Shown: positions 38,009 to 48,008, numbered from the stretch's first letter. The stretch is DNA of 64,000 nt from Acutalibacteraceae bacterium (GCA_045599305.1 JAZRVU010000103.1:173-64172), one strand, 5' to 3'. Translations and numbers: made by a program. Notes: generated by a model not told the origin, from the letters alone.

Positions 38009-41000
38009 TTACGCCTTCGGGAATTCTGTAATTTTCTTCGCGTAGAGCTGCAGGATCAGGCGGGCGTCGGTGGAATCGACCTTGCCGTCACCGTTGACAT
38101 CCGCCATACCGGTGTTGAGGTCGCCCTCACCGATCTTCTTCGCATAGTACTGCAGGATGAGGCGGGCGTCGGTCGAGTCGATCTTGCCGTCGCCGTTCAC
38201 ATCACCGGGCGTACCGAAGCTGCTCTCGGTGCTGTAGGTGACGAACACATAGTCGATCGTAGCCGCAGAAGCCGTCACGGGCTCTTCGGATTCCACCATG
38301 TCCGCCATCACGGTGATGAGCAGGGCGTCGATCGCGCCGAGGCCGGCGAACTTGCTGTCGAAAGCGAGTTTTTCGCTCGAGGCGACCTCGCCGTACTCGT
38401 CATCCAGCAGATAGACGGTGTAGGTAGGCGCTGCAGGATCGCGCAGATCCAACTCCACGGCCAGACGGTACCAGACGTTCTTATCAAAGCTGCCGATCTT
38501 GACCTCGCTGCCGTTCTTCATCACCAGCACATCGCCGGTCTGCGTGAAGGCGGCCACCGTCACGGTGTGCTTGGCATCGTCGGTCAGCATGAACACCATG
38601 CGGCTGTAATCGCCTTCGCGGAGTTCTTTCACATTGATGCGCGATTCCAGACGGTAGAGCGAATCCTCGCGGCCGGAGGCGATACCCAGATCGGTAGCAT
38701 TGATGCCCGCCGAGATAGAGTCGCCGCCGACGGTCAGATTGACCACACCGCGGGAAGCCTGCACCTCGGAACCGATGGGCTGGAACTGTGCCTTGGTATC
38801 CTTCACGTCGTAGCTCGTGAAAGCGTTGGTGAAGAGCACGGTGGAGTTGGCCGGCATGGTCGCGTTGGAGGGCGCATCCCAGGCCATGACACGGTAGACG
38901 ATGTTATCGAAGGTGCCGTACTCGTCGCTCTTTTCGATGGGCACCCAGAACAGGGCACCGTTGAAGTTCACGTTTTCGGGGTTCGTCTCCGTTGCGGCGG
39001 GGAAGTTGACCACCGCACGGCTGTAGTAACTGATCTGCGATGCCAGCACATTGATGCGGCCGTTTTCGCCCGTGCGGGAGAAATCGGTAGCGTAACTATA
39101 ACTGCCGGCAGTGTACGGGCTGGCCTTGTGCAGCAGGCCGTACATATTCAGGGTGCCGTTTTCGATGTTGTAGCAGACATCCGGGTTGGCCCAGTTGAGG
39201 ATACCGTAGAAATTGACCTCGCTATCCATATCTTCGCCGAAGTGGATATAGTTGATCTCCTTTTCGACATCCTCGCCGATGATGTTGAAGGCCGTCAGCT
39301 CGGTGTTGATGAATTCCACCTTCTCGGTGGCCAGGAAGTCCAGCGAAACGCGCACATGGTCCACGCCCTGGCCGACCAGCAGCGCATTGGCCGCGCCGGT
39401 CTCCTCAGCCACGAACTGCACGCCGATCTCGCCGTTGTAGTTGAAGCCGTTGAGCAGCACTTCGTTTTCCACATCGCCGAGCTGCACGACGACCATCTGG
39501 TTCTGCACCAGGTTGTAATAGGACATACGGAAGGTATCGAAATCCTCGGGCAATTTGGTCCAGAAGCCGTAGCCTTCGGTTTCGCCCGACTGCAGAGCCG
39601 CGCCGCTGCTGTGGCAGTTGCGGACGAGGCCGTCAGTGCTGCCGCCGCCTATGCGCAGCATATTCTTGAGGCAGTTGCCGAACAGGGAATCCACATAGTG
39701 TCTGTCGCAGCGCACGCTCATCAGGTCCACGCCGTTCCAGCCGTTGCGCAGCGACACGTTGACGATGTAGATGTCCTCGCCCTCACCGCGGATGGCATAG
39801 GGATATTCGATCCACTCGCCCTCGCTGTACTGCTCCGGCCAATCGAACACGATGCCGCGCATGCCGCTCTTTGCCTTCATGATGAAGGCGGGGGTGCCTT
39901 CGGGCTCACCGGCACCGGCATAAAGCTGGAAGATCGTGCCGCACTGATAGGGCAGGCGATAATAGTCGCAGGCGCCGAGCAGCTGCACACCGGTGGGAAT
40001 GGTGATGGAATCGGCGGAATCCAGACGGTAATGGCCGGCGGGCAGGAAGAGGGTGCCGCCGCCCTTGGAGGCTGCCAGGTCGATCTGTGCCTGCAGCGCC
40101 GCCGTCACATCCGTCTCGCCGGTGCTGTCCAGAGCAGCGAAGCCCTCGGTGGTACCGGAGATGTAGACCGCATCGTTTTCGGGCTTATAGGAGCGATAGG
40201 CAGCCTGTTCGGGAGTCAGCTTCGGGATCTCGGGCAGGCCGAGCTCCGCGGGATCGTCCGCAGAGGGGCAGAACGCCTTGTTGTCCACCGCCATGGGCTT
40301 GCCATCGGCGGTGCAGTTGTGCTGCAGAACAGCGCCCAGAGTGCCGTTCTTCAGCGCGAAGACGGGGGCTTCGCCCTTGAAGACGTTATCCGCCGCGATG
40401 AGCCAGCCGTTGGAGACTTCCACCGCGCCGTTTTCGATCGTGTTGGAGAGCATGTAGAAGTAGGCCGCCTGCTGAGCCGAGATCGCCGCGCCGGTCGCGT
40501 CGATGGTGCTGTCGATCAGCTCGAAGGTCCCGTAGGGATGCTCGCCCTTGCCCAGCCACAGACCGCTCTGGCAGCCGATGAACTTCGCATCGGTCACCAT
40601 TTCGCCGCTGTCGCCGATGGTCTCCACATAGATACCGGTGTTGCAATGGTCAAAGGTGACATCGTAGCACTGGCCGTTGGGCGAGGCCGCGCCGTCGGGC
40701 AGATTGGAATAGGCGAACAGCATACCGGTGGCATAGCCCGTGAACTTGGCCCGATAGAGATAGGACCAGTCGATACGGCGGACAATGAAGCCGGTGGCGC
40801 TGTTATAGATGTAGACACGCAGGTCTTCCGCCTCTTCGTCCGAAACGGGGGCACCCGGCAGACCGGAATTGATCCAGTATTCGGGCGAGAAGTTGATGTT
40901 CTCCCAACGGGCGATATCGCCGATGGCGTCCATATCCACACCGGTGAGCAGCGGCGTGCCGTAAATGTTCATCAGGTTGGGGGAACGCTCGATCCGGGGA

Positions 41001-42745
41001 TCATGCGTGACACCGATGTAGGAGTTGACGAAGGTGACGTTCTTGAGATGGGTATGTTCGCCCATACTGACCGTTCTGGGATAGGGCACCAGATCCGTCA
41101 GGCTCTGTTCCGGATACCAGAAAGCCACATTGGAGATCATGGAGGTCGACTTCATCTTGATGAAGGGCGCACCGTCCACATTATCGCGGTTGCCGTAGAC
41201 CTCGAACACCGTGCCGTCGATGGCGGGATGCTCGTCGGGGTTCTGCCAGTCGCCGCAGATGGTGACACCGGTGGGCAGGATCAGGTCGCCGTCGAAGCGA
41301 TAGTGGCCGGCGGGGACATACACCGTACCGCCGCCCGCCATCGACATCGCGTCGCACAGGCTCTGCAGGACAGGCGTGTAGTCGACGATGTCCTTCATGT
41401 TGTGCTCTTGCATGTAGGTCACGAGGTTGTAGCCGCTCACCACGACATCATCATCGTAGAAGCCCTCGGGCGCATCGACCACCTCATAGGTGGGCGGATC
41501 GGCGTCGAAGGAGCCGTCGCCGAGCATGCCAGCCTCGTCGTTGGGGATCTTCTCGGTGAGGTCGACCACGCAGATGTTGCAGATCTTCATCGTCGCGGAA
41601 AGGCCGACGAAGTTGCCGGAATTCGTGATCATATAGATACGCATGAAGTTGATGGCGGAGGGGTCGAAATCATATTCCCCCGTCACCTTATCCATACGCT
41701 TCTGGAAATTGCCGAGGTCGATCTGGCAGCGGTTCCACTGCCCTTCAAAGAACTTGAGCTGCGTGGTCTGGCCGGTAAGCTCCTGGCTGTCCCAGCTGCC
41801 GCCGCTGCAAAGCTCGATCTGGCCGGATATATTGCCTTTCGTGATACCATCCACCAGTTTGCTGTCGCCGGAAAGGTAGAGGTCAAACTGCAGTGCCAGT
41901 TTGCCCAGACCGATGCCGGTCGCCTTGGTAACATCCTTTTCGGGGTAGCCGTACTGGGTCAGATCCAAACTGCAGGCGATATTGTTGTCCCGCTCGAGGA
42001 ACCCGCCGGTATCGGTGACGGTGCGGTTGCCGGTGATCTTCAGCGGCAGTTTTTCCAGCACTTCGTAACTGGTATAGACGAGCGGCTTCTTCTTGAAGAC
42101 GCCCAGCGGATCCTCTTCTTCGGAGGGGGCTTCCTTGGTCAGATCGACAATGCGCACGGCCGTGACCTTGACGGTGGCGGACTTGCCCACGAACTCCGAG
42201 GAGAAAGCGTTGATGTACATTCTGAAATAGTTGATGTTGGCGGGATTGAAATCGTATTTGAGGGAATTCTTATCCTGCCGCTTGGAAAACATGGTCAGGT
42301 CCGCGACACAGCGGTTCCACTGGCCGTTCTTCCATTTGAGGATATTCGACTCACCGGTCAGTTCCTGATTATCGTTGGTACCGCCGCTGGTCAGCTCGAC
42401 CTGGCCGTGGATCTTCGAGTTGATCTCATTGACCAGCGCATCATCGCCGTCGATAAACAGGTCGAACTGCACGCCCAGTTTGCCCGCCGCGATCTCCACC
42501 GCAGCCTTGGTCTGATCGGGCGTACCGTAGCCGAACTTGGTCAGATCGATGGCATCGAGACCGATGCCCACCGAAAACAGATCACCGGCCTCGGTCACCG
42601 TATAGGTACCGTCCAGATCGTAATACAGTTCCGCAAGCACATAGCCGTTTTCGGCAGCCGCCTGCACAAAGCAGGGCCCTGCGAAAGGAAGCATGATGCA
42701 CAGGCACAGGAACAGGGAAAGCAGTCGTTTTTTCACGGTCATCAT
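38009..42745 (-). CDS. Secreted 1578-aa multidomain enzyme: signal peptide, two tandem ~185-aa CBM-like modules, two GH55-like beta-helix domains with pectate-lyase-3-type N-terminal motifs, lectin-like region, C-terminal type I dockerin
   Basis: Signal KKRLLSLFLCLCIMLPFAGPCFVQAAA. Duplicated module (GKL..QFDL...G(Q)(V/I)EL.SGG...QELTG...GQWNRC..DL..F.KR.DK...YDF.P..IN..R.Y). GGGTVYVPAGHYRF and GGGTLFLPAGHYRL motifs ~420 aa apart. The start may be the GTG at 42736 (MKKRLL). Confidence 0.85.
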   Translation of the reverse strand: MMTVKKRLLSLFLCLCIMLPFAGPCFVQAAAENGYVLAELYYDLDGTYTVTEAGDLFSVGIGLDAIDLTKFGYGTPDQTKAAVEIAAGKLGVQFDLFIDGDDALVNEINSKIHGQVELTSGGTNDNQELTGESNILKWKNGQWNRCVADLTMFSKRQDKNSLKYDFNPANINYFRMYINAFSSEFVGKSATVKVTAVRIVDLTKEAPSEEEDPLGVFKKKPLVYTSYEVLEKLPLKITGNRTVTDTGGFLERDNNIACSLDLTQYGYPEKDVTKATGIGLGKLALQFDLYLSGDSKLVDGITKGNISGQIELCSGGSWDSQELTGQTTQLKFFEGQWNRCQIDLGNFQKRMDKVTGEYDFDPSAINFMRIYMITNSGNFVGLSATMKICNICVVDLTEKIPNDEAGMLGDGSFDADPPTYEVVDAPEGFYDDDVVVSGYNLVTYMQEHNMKDIVDYTPVLQSLCDAMSMAGGGTVYVPAGHYRFDGDLILPTGVTICGDWQNPDEHPAIDGTVFEVYGNRDNVDGAPFIKMKSTSMISNVAFWYPEQSLTDLVPYPRTVSMGEHTHLKNVTFVNSYIGVTHDPRIERSPNLMNIYGTPLLTGVDMDAIGDIARWENINFSPEYWINSGLPGAPVSDEEAEDLRVYIYNSATGFIVRRIDWSYLYRAKFTGYATGMLFAYSNLPDGAASPNGQCYDVTFDHCNTGIYVETIGDSGEMVTDAKFIGCQSGLWLGKGEHPYGTFELIDSTIDATGAAISAQQAAYFYMLSNTIENGAVEVSNGWLIAADNVFKGEAPVFALKNGTLGAVLQHNCTADGKPMAVDNKAFCPSADDPAELGLPEIPKLTPEQAAYRSYKPENDAVYISGTTEGFAALDSTGETDVTAALQAQIDLAASKGGGTLFLPAGHYRLDSADSITIPTGVQLLGACDYYRLPYQCGTIFQLYAGAGEPEGTPAFIMKAKSGMRGIVFDWPEQYSEGEWIEYPYAIRGEGEDIYIVNVSLRNGWNGVDLMSVRCDRHYVDSLFGNCLKNMLRIGGGSTDGLVRNCHSSGAALQSGETEGYGFWTKLPEDFDTFRMSYYNLVQNQMVVVQLGDVENEVLLNGFNYNGEIGVQFVAEETGAANALLVGQGVDHVRVSLDFLATEKVEFINTELTAFNIIGEDVEKEINYIHFGEDMDSEVNFYGILNWANPDVCYNIENGTLNMYGLLHKASPYTAGSYSYATDFSRTGENGRINVLASQISYYSRAVVNFPAATETNPENVNFNGALFWVPIEKSDEYGTFDNIVYRVMAWDAPSNATMPANSTVLFTNAFTSYDVKDTKAQFQPIGSEVQASRGVVNLTVGGDSISAGINATDLGIASGREDSLYRLESRINVKELREGDYSRMVFMLTDDAKHTVTVAAFTQTGDVLVMKNGSEVKIGSFDKNVWYRLAVELDLRDPAAPTYTVYLLDDEYGEVASSEKLAFDSKFAGLGAIDALLITVMADMVESEEPVTASAATIDYVFVTYSTESSFGTPGDVNGDGKIDSTDARLILQYYAKKIGEGDLNTGMADVNGDGKVDSTDARLILQLYAKKITEFPKA
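38012..38209 (-). other. Type I dockerin module (two Ca-binding repeats)
   Basis: DVNGDGKIDSTDARLILQYYAKK ... DVNGDGKVDSTDARLILQLYAKK. The duplication is also visible at DNA level (38060-38100 vs 38162-38205). Confidence 0.9.
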
Positions 42746-42773
42746 TCCTTTACAAGTTTTTCGGTTTGATTAC

Positions 42774-42802
42774 AGTATACTCGCCGCAAAAACGCAGTGC
42801 AA
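42774..42802 (-). promoter_or_regulatory. Promoter of the giant dockerin gene
   Basis: Reverse strand: TTGCAC, 17 nt, TATACT. Confidence 0.5.
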
Positions 42803-42947
42803 TGGAATTTTTCGCCCAAAAAATGGACAAAAATTTACAGTGAACAAATTTCCAGCCGGCTTTTTGTGAAAAATGACACACCCCCCCTGTAAGAAAATTC
42901 AGCATGACATTGTGAAACAAAGGCGATTTTGCGGCGGCGGATAAATC

Positions 42948-42993
42948 AACCGAGCCGGAAACAGGGCGTTTTTGCCCTGATCCCGGCTCGGTT
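42948..42993 (-). terminator. Terminator after the AraC-family gene
   Basis: AACCGAGCCGG / CCGGCTCGGTT outer stem with inner CAGGGC-gttttt-GCCCTG; GATTTAT on the reverse strand. Confidence 0.6.
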
Positions 42994-43029
42994 TCAAATG
43001 ATTGCTTTTCGTTCGCGCCGCCCTGTATT

Positions 43030-43866
43030 TTACAGTTTCTCCGCGCTCTGCCGCTGATCCACATATTGCGAAGGCGATACGCCCATATATTTTTTAAATG
43101 TTTTACTGAAATGATAAATATCGGTAAAACCGAGCAGCTGCGCGATCTCTCCGATCGAATATTCCTCGTCCGAAAAAAGCAGCTGCTTTGCTTTTTCGAT
43201 GCGGTAATGCTGACGGAACTGGACCGGGCTTTCTCCGCTGTATTCGGTAAAAAGGCGACGGAAATAGCAGACACTCACGCCGGCGCTTTCCGCGATCTCG
43301 GCAATGCTCAGATGGCTGCCCTCCTCCAACAGTTCGATCGCGGGCAGGATGAGGGCGTATTTCTTTTTGACGGTGCGGCGCTTTTGTTTCTGGCAAACGG
43401 CGGAAAGCAGCTTATAGATACATGCCTGCATCTCCGGGATGCAAACGACATTTTTCCCGAATTCCTCTGCCGCCCGTTCGATCTGCTCCGCCATGACCGA
43501 ATCGACATTTTTGATGCAGACGATCGGTTTATCCACGGGGATGATATCCTCCAGATCGTGGTCGTATAACTGGAAATGCATCACATAGGTATCCTCTTTG
43601 TCCAGATTCGTTTCATGAAACTCCACCACATATTCGGAGCCCTTCGGGGTGTAGATCAACTGGTTCCTTTCGATCTCAAGCACATTCCCCTCACGGTCAG
43701 TCACGGTCCCGCTGCAGTTTTTGAACCACAAAAGCGTGTGCGAGATCTTCGGATGCTTGAGGCTGTTATAAACGCTGCCTCTCGCGGCCCAATACTGCGG
43801 CTTCACAATGGGTTCCGACAAAAAGAAGTCGGTATTGTAAAGTTTTTCAAACGGTATCTTTTTCAC
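43030..43866 (-). CDS. AraC family transcriptional regulator, divergent from the carbohydrate locus
   Basis: C-terminal IAESAGVSVCYFRRLFTEYSGESPVQFRQHYRIEKAKQLL...IGEIAQLLGFTDIYHFSKTFKKYMGVSPSQY. Start moved to GTG 43866 (GGAAAGGATGG SD 7 nt upstream); the track ORF begins at 43938. Confidence 0.85.
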   Translation of the reverse strand: MKKIPFEKLYNTDFFLSEPIVKPQYWAARGSVYNSLKHPKISHTLLWFKNCSGTVTDREGNVLEIERNQLIYTPKGSEYVVEFHETNLDKEDTYVMHFQLYDHDLEDIIPVDKPIVCIKNVDSVMAEQIERAAEEFGKNVVCIPEMQACIYKLLSAVCQKQKRRTVKKKYALILPAIELLEEGSHLSIAEIAESAGVSVCYFRRLFTEYSGESPVQFRQHYRIEKAKQLLFSDEEYSIGEIAQLLGFTDIYHFSKTFKKYMGVSPSQYVDQRQSAEKL

Positions 43867-43992
43867 GGGGTGACCATCCTTTCCGTTTTTGGGCTCACAG
43901 TCCGCGCATAGTATAGCACACTTTTTCTCATTTTGCACGTTTTTTACAAATTTTTTTACTTTTTTAACATTTAAAAAAGCCGTCGGACGTGG

Positions 43993-43998
43993 TACAAT
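43993..43998 (+). promoter_or_regulatory. Extended -10 element (TGgTACAAT) of the locus promoter
   Basis: TGGTACAAT ~30 nt upstream of ATG 44028; weak -35 TTTAAA at 17-nt spacing; AT-rich upstream tract. Confidence 0.45.
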
Positions 43999-44027
43999 GC
44001 AGATAAATATATTGGGGAGGGTCCACT

Positions 44028-45434
44028 ATGCTCGATTACAAAGTGAAAATCGGTCTTGTTGCCATGCGCCGCAATGCCACCGATCGGCCGAAGGGCACTT
44101 TTCTGACTTGGTATTCCGCCGAACAGCGCGGAAAGAGATTCACCGAATACATAGAAAAGAATTTTACAAACGAAAATGTGACCTTTGTGGATAATAAAGG
44201 GATCGGCATTGCCGACCTGGTGTTTGACGATGCCACCGCCAAAGAGACGGTCGCCCGCTTCAAAGCCGAGGAGGTCGACGCGGTCTTCATCATCAACTGC
44301 AACTTCGGGAACGAGGAAGCCGCCGCCGACATTGCGAAAGCGCTCGGCAAGCCCGTCCTGCTGTGGGCGCCGCTCGACGATGAATATTATGTAGACGGTA
44401 TGCGTCCGACCGATTCGCAATGCGGCCTGTTCGGGGTGTCCCGCCAGATGCAGCGGTTCCATATCCCGTTTTCCCACCTGCCCTGCTGCCGTGTGGAAAG
44501 CGAAGAATTCAAATCGGGCTTCGATTCCTTCGTCCGTGTGGCCTGCATGGTCAAAAACTTTACGGGGATGCGCATCGGTCAGGTAGGTCTTCGCCCCGGC
44601 CCCTTCTTCTCGGTCATTTGGAACGAGGGCGAGCTGATGGAAAAATTCGGCGTCAAGATCATCCCGATCAACTTTGCCATGATCGAACAGCGCATGAACG
44701 CCGTTCTGGAGGAAAACCCCGCCGAAAAGCAGGAGATCGCCGATTACATTTTAGCCAACTACAAATTGGATGACCTGACCCCGCAATATGTGGACCGCAT
44801 GGCGGCGCTGACCGTGATGTATAAGCGGCTGTTTGCGGAATTCGATCTGGATGTCATTTCGGCGGAATGCTGGACGGCAACGCCGATCATGTTCAACGGT
44901 CTCGCGCCCTGCACGGTTTACGGGCTGCTCAACGACATGGGATATCTCGTGTCCTGCGAAAGCGATATGCATTGCGTCATGACCATGGCTCTGCTCAAAT
45001 GCGCCACGCTCGGCAAGGGCAAGCCGCTGTTCGGTGAATTCACCGTCCGTCACCCCGAAAACCGCAACGCCGAGCTGCTGTGGCACTGCGGGCCGTTCCC
45101 GCTTTCGCAGAAGGCGGCGAGCGGCACCGACAGCACGGCACGGCTCGTCAACCAGCGCTCGTGGTTCCGTGCCAAGGACGGCACCTACACCGTGGCCCGC
45201 ATGGATCAGGAAAGCGGCAACTATATGATCCTGCCGCTCATCTGCCGCACCACCGAAGGGCCGCAGACTCACGGCACCTATATCTGGGGTGAATTCGAAG
45301 ACCTGCAGGCGGTCGAAGACCGTTTGCTGGACGGCCCGTACATCCACCATTTCGTCGAGATGGAGGGCGACTGGCGAAAAGAGATCGCCGAATTCTGCAA
45401 ATACTTCCCCAACCTCAAAGTTGATAAAATGTAA
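44028..45434 (+). CDS. L-fucose/L-arabinose isomerase family protein (FucI-like)
   Basis: KIGLVAMRR...AEEVDAVFIINCNFGNEEAAADIAKALGKPVLLWA...SQCGLFG...ECW...SCESD...: architecture and length typical of the FucI/AraA-like superfamily. Confidence 0.8.
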   Translation: MLDYKVKIGLVAMRRNATDRPKGTFLTWYSAEQRGKRFTEYIEKNFTNENVTFVDNKGIGIADLVFDDATAKETVARFKAEEVDAVFIINCNFGNEEAAADIAKALGKPVLLWAPLDDEYYVDGMRPTDSQCGLFGVSRQMQRFHIPFSHLPCCRVESEEFKSGFDSFVRVACMVKNFTGMRIGQVGLRPGPFFSVIWNEGELMEKFGVKIIPINFAMIEQRMNAVLEENPAEKQEIADYILANYKLDDLTPQYVDRMAALTVMYKRLFAEFDLDVISAECWTATPIMFNGLAPCTVYGLLNDMGYLVSCESDMHCVMTMALLKCATLGKGKPLFGEFTVRHPENRNAELLWHCGPFPLSQKAASGTDSTARLVNQRSWFRAKDGTYTVARMDQESGNYMILPLICRTTEGPQTHGTYIWGEFEDLQAVEDRLLDGPYIHHFVEMEGDWRKEIAEFCKYFPNLKVDKM

Positions 45435-45449
45435 AAAGGAGAAAACACC

Positions 45450-46886
45450 ATGCAATACCAGATGAATGAATTCCTGTTTTCCATGATCCTCACCGAACTG
45501 GAAGATGCCGTCGGCAAGGACCACTGCTCGACCCGTGCCATCGACAAGGTGACGCACAGTGTCGACTATTACTGGCTGTCCCGTATGTGGGCAGACCGCG
45601 GCTGCCGGATGCCCGAGGCGGACTTTATCGTCTGCCCCGAAAATGCGCAGGAGGTCTCCAAGGTCCTCAAGATCGCCAACTATTACAAGATCCCCGTGAC
45701 CACCTGGGGCGCCGGCGGCGGTACACAGGGCGGTGCCATCCCGGTCTGCGGCGGCATCATCCTCGATACCAAGCGCATGAACAAGATCTATGAGGTCAAC
45801 ACCGACAGCATGTATATCGAATGCGGCACCGGTGCGATCTACAAGCATATCGAATGGGCGGCGAACGAGGTCGGCAAAGCGACCATGCACTATCCCTCTT
45901 CCCTGACCTGCTCGACTGTCGGCGGATTTTTGGCACACCGCGGTATCGGTGTCTGCTCGACTAAGTATGGCAAGATCGACGACATGGTGCTGCAGATGGA
46001 GGTCGTTCTGCCCAACGGCGATATCATCAACACGTCCTCCGCGCCGAAGCACGCCGCCGGCCCCGATCTGAACCAGATCTTCATCGGTTCCGAGGGCACT
46101 CTGGGCATCATCACCAAAGCGCAGATCCGCATCTTCGACCAGCCCGAAGAACGCCGCTTCCGCGGGTTCCTGTTCCAGGATATGACCGGCGCATTCAAGG
46201 CCTCCCGCGAACTGCTGCAGAAATTCAAGCCGTCTGTCATGCGGCTTTACGATGAAGCCGAAACCGCTTCGCTGATCAAAAAGATCGTCGGCGTCGAGCG
46301 CAAAGGCGCGTTCATGAACGTGGCTTACGAGGGTGTCAGGGAAATGGTCGAGGTCGAGGAGAAGATCCTGCTCGACACCTTCAAAAAGTACGGCGCCGAA
46401 GACCTCGGCGACGAGTACGGCAAAAAGTGGTGGGACGAGAAGATCACCTTCTTCTATCCGGGCCACATGATGGATATCCCGCAGATGTTCGGCACCATGG
46501 ACACCATCGCCCCCTACGACAAGATCGAGGAGATCTACTGGGCGATGAAGGAAGCCATCGAGACCAATTTCCCGCAGGCAAAATTCATTGCGCACTTCTC
46601 GCATTGGTATGAGTGGGGCGCCATGGTGTACGACCGCTTTATCGTGGAGGGCAAGGATGTGCCCGAAGACCCGGTGGAGGCACTGCGCCTGCATCAGGAG
46701 ATCTGGACCTGCGGTGTCCGCACCGCATTGGCACACGGCGGCGTGGTCAACGACCACCACGGTGTCGGCATCAAGCTCGGCCGCCTGATGAAGGAGCAGT
46801 ACGGCCCGGCCATGCAGGTCTTTGAGGGATTGAAGAAGCAGTTAGACCCGAACGGCATCATGAACCCCTTCAAACTCGGCCTTTAA
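45450..46886 (+). CDS. FAD-linked oxidase (GlcD / AGPS-like, FAD_binding_4 family)
   Basis: VCPENAQEVSKVLKIANYYKIPVTTWGAGGGTQGGAIPVCGGIILDTKRMNKI is the PCMH-type FAD-binding block; C-terminal GGVVNDHHGVG. Confidence 0.85.
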   Translation: MQYQMNEFLFSMILTELEDAVGKDHCSTRAIDKVTHSVDYYWLSRMWADRGCRMPEADFIVCPENAQEVSKVLKIANYYKIPVTTWGAGGGTQGGAIPVCGGIILDTKRMNKIYEVNTDSMYIECGTGAIYKHIEWAANEVGKATMHYPSSLTCSTVGGFLAHRGIGVCSTKYGKIDDMVLQMEVVLPNGDIINTSSAPKHAAGPDLNQIFIGSEGTLGIITKAQIRIFDQPEERRFRGFLFQDMTGAFKASRELLQKFKPSVMRLYDEAETASLIKKIVGVERKGAFMNVAYEGVREMVEVEEKILLDTFKKYGAEDLGDEYGKKWWDEKITFFYPGHMMDIPQMFGTMDTIAPYDKIEEIYWAMKEAIETNFPQAKFIAHFSHWYEWGAMVYDRFIVEGKDVPEDPVEALRLHQEIWTCGVRTALAHGGVVNDHHGVGIKLGRLMKEQYGPAMQVFEGLKKQLDPNGIMNPFKLGL

Positions 46887-46908
46887 TATTTTCGGGAGGT
46901 ATGCTATA

Positions 46909-47997
46909 ATGATTATGTCGGAAAAATCCAAGCAGCATGTCGATTCCTGCCGCTTTTGCTGGATGTGCCACCATATCTGTCCGATCGGCAATGCCACCGG
47001 CCAGGAGAGAAACACCGCCAGAGCCAGAGCGCTCGGCATTTCGCTCGTCAACCGCGAAGCCATCGAGCTGGACGAGATCATGGATAACATCTATGAATGT
47101 GCGACCTGCGGCGGCTGTGTAGAGATCTGCAACACCGGCTGGGATCCGGTCATGTTCACCAAGGAGACCCGTCTGCAGGCGGCGCTGGAGGGGAAACTTC
47201 CCGAATACATCCGGAATATGGTGGGCAACTGCCTTGAAACGGGCAATGCCTACGGCAAGACCGAACTGTGCGGCGACCTTTCTGCCGCCATCAAGGCACA
47301 TCAGGCCAAGACCGACACCCTGCTGGTACTGGGCGCGGATGCGCGGTTCATGCAGTGCCGGCAGGGGCTGAAAGCCATCGCCGTGCTGGAAAAAGCGGGC
47401 GTACCGTTCACCGTTCTGGCCGACGAACCGGCGACCGGCGCACAACTGGACTTTTTGATCGGTGCCGCCAACGAGACCAAGGAGCAGATGAGCCGGGCGG
47501 CCGATGTTTTCGGCGGCTACAAGACAGTCGTCCTCTATGACCCCGACGACGCGAAAGCCGTCAAACAGACCTACCGGGAATACGGCGTGGAACTGAACAC
47601 CTCCGCCGTGACCTATACCTCTTTCTTGGCTTCGCTTATCAAGAGCGGCGCCCTGAAAGCCGAAAACTCCGGTAAGAAGGTCGTTTTCCAGGATCCCTAT
47701 CAATTGGCGCGCGATCTGGAAGAGACCGAAGACGCCCGCGAGATCATCAAGGCATTCGCCGAACTGAACGAAATGCTGCTCAACCGCAGAGAGACCGTTT
47801 GGGCGGGCAATATCCTGATGGCGCAGTATCTCCCCTCCGTCATCCTGAAGGTCGCCGAACGCCGCATCTTCAATGCGGCCAGCATCGGTGCCGACACCAT
47901 CGTCACCGCCGGCATTTCGGAATATGCGGCGCTCAAAAACGTTGACCAGTCCGCCGTCCGGATCCTCTCTCTCGAAGACCTGATCCTCGGCGAATAA
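46909..47997 (+). CDS. (Fe-S)-binding protein, GlcF/GlpC-like, partner of the FAD-linked oxidase
   Basis: Two ferredoxin-type motifs, CRFCWMCHHICP and CATCGGCVEIC, followed by a CCG-like C-terminal half. Confidence 0.8.
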   Translation: MIMSEKSKQHVDSCRFCWMCHHICPIGNATGQERNTARARALGISLVNREAIELDEIMDNIYECATCGGCVEICNTGWDPVMFTKETRLQAALEGKLPEYIRNMVGNCLETGNAYGKTELCGDLSAAIKAHQAKTDTLLVLGADARFMQCRQGLKAIAVLEKAGVPFTVLADEPATGAQLDFLIGAANETKEQMSRAADVFGGYKTVVLYDPDDAKAVKQTYREYGVELNTSAVTYTSFLASLIKSGALKAENSGKKVVFQDPYQLARDLEETEDAREIIKAFAELNEMLLNRRETVWAGNILMAQYLPSVILKVAERRIFNAASIGADTIVTAGISEYAALKNVDQSAVRILSLEDLILGE

Positions 47998-48008
47998 AGG
48001 AGAACACC

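Noticed and set aside
37958-42769. 1603-aa plus-strand ORF, the longest in the track
   Set aside because: It is the exact antisense shadow of the minus-strand dockerin protein. Its translation is low-complexity (G/A/V/D/H/R-rich) with no recognisable motifs, signal peptide or SD. The minus-strand product has a signal peptide, conserved domains and a dockerin.
44751-46760. 669-aa minus-strand ORF inside the carbohydrate locus
   Set aside because: It lies antisense to the FucI-like and FAD-oxidase genes and spans their intergenic SD region. It has no motifs.
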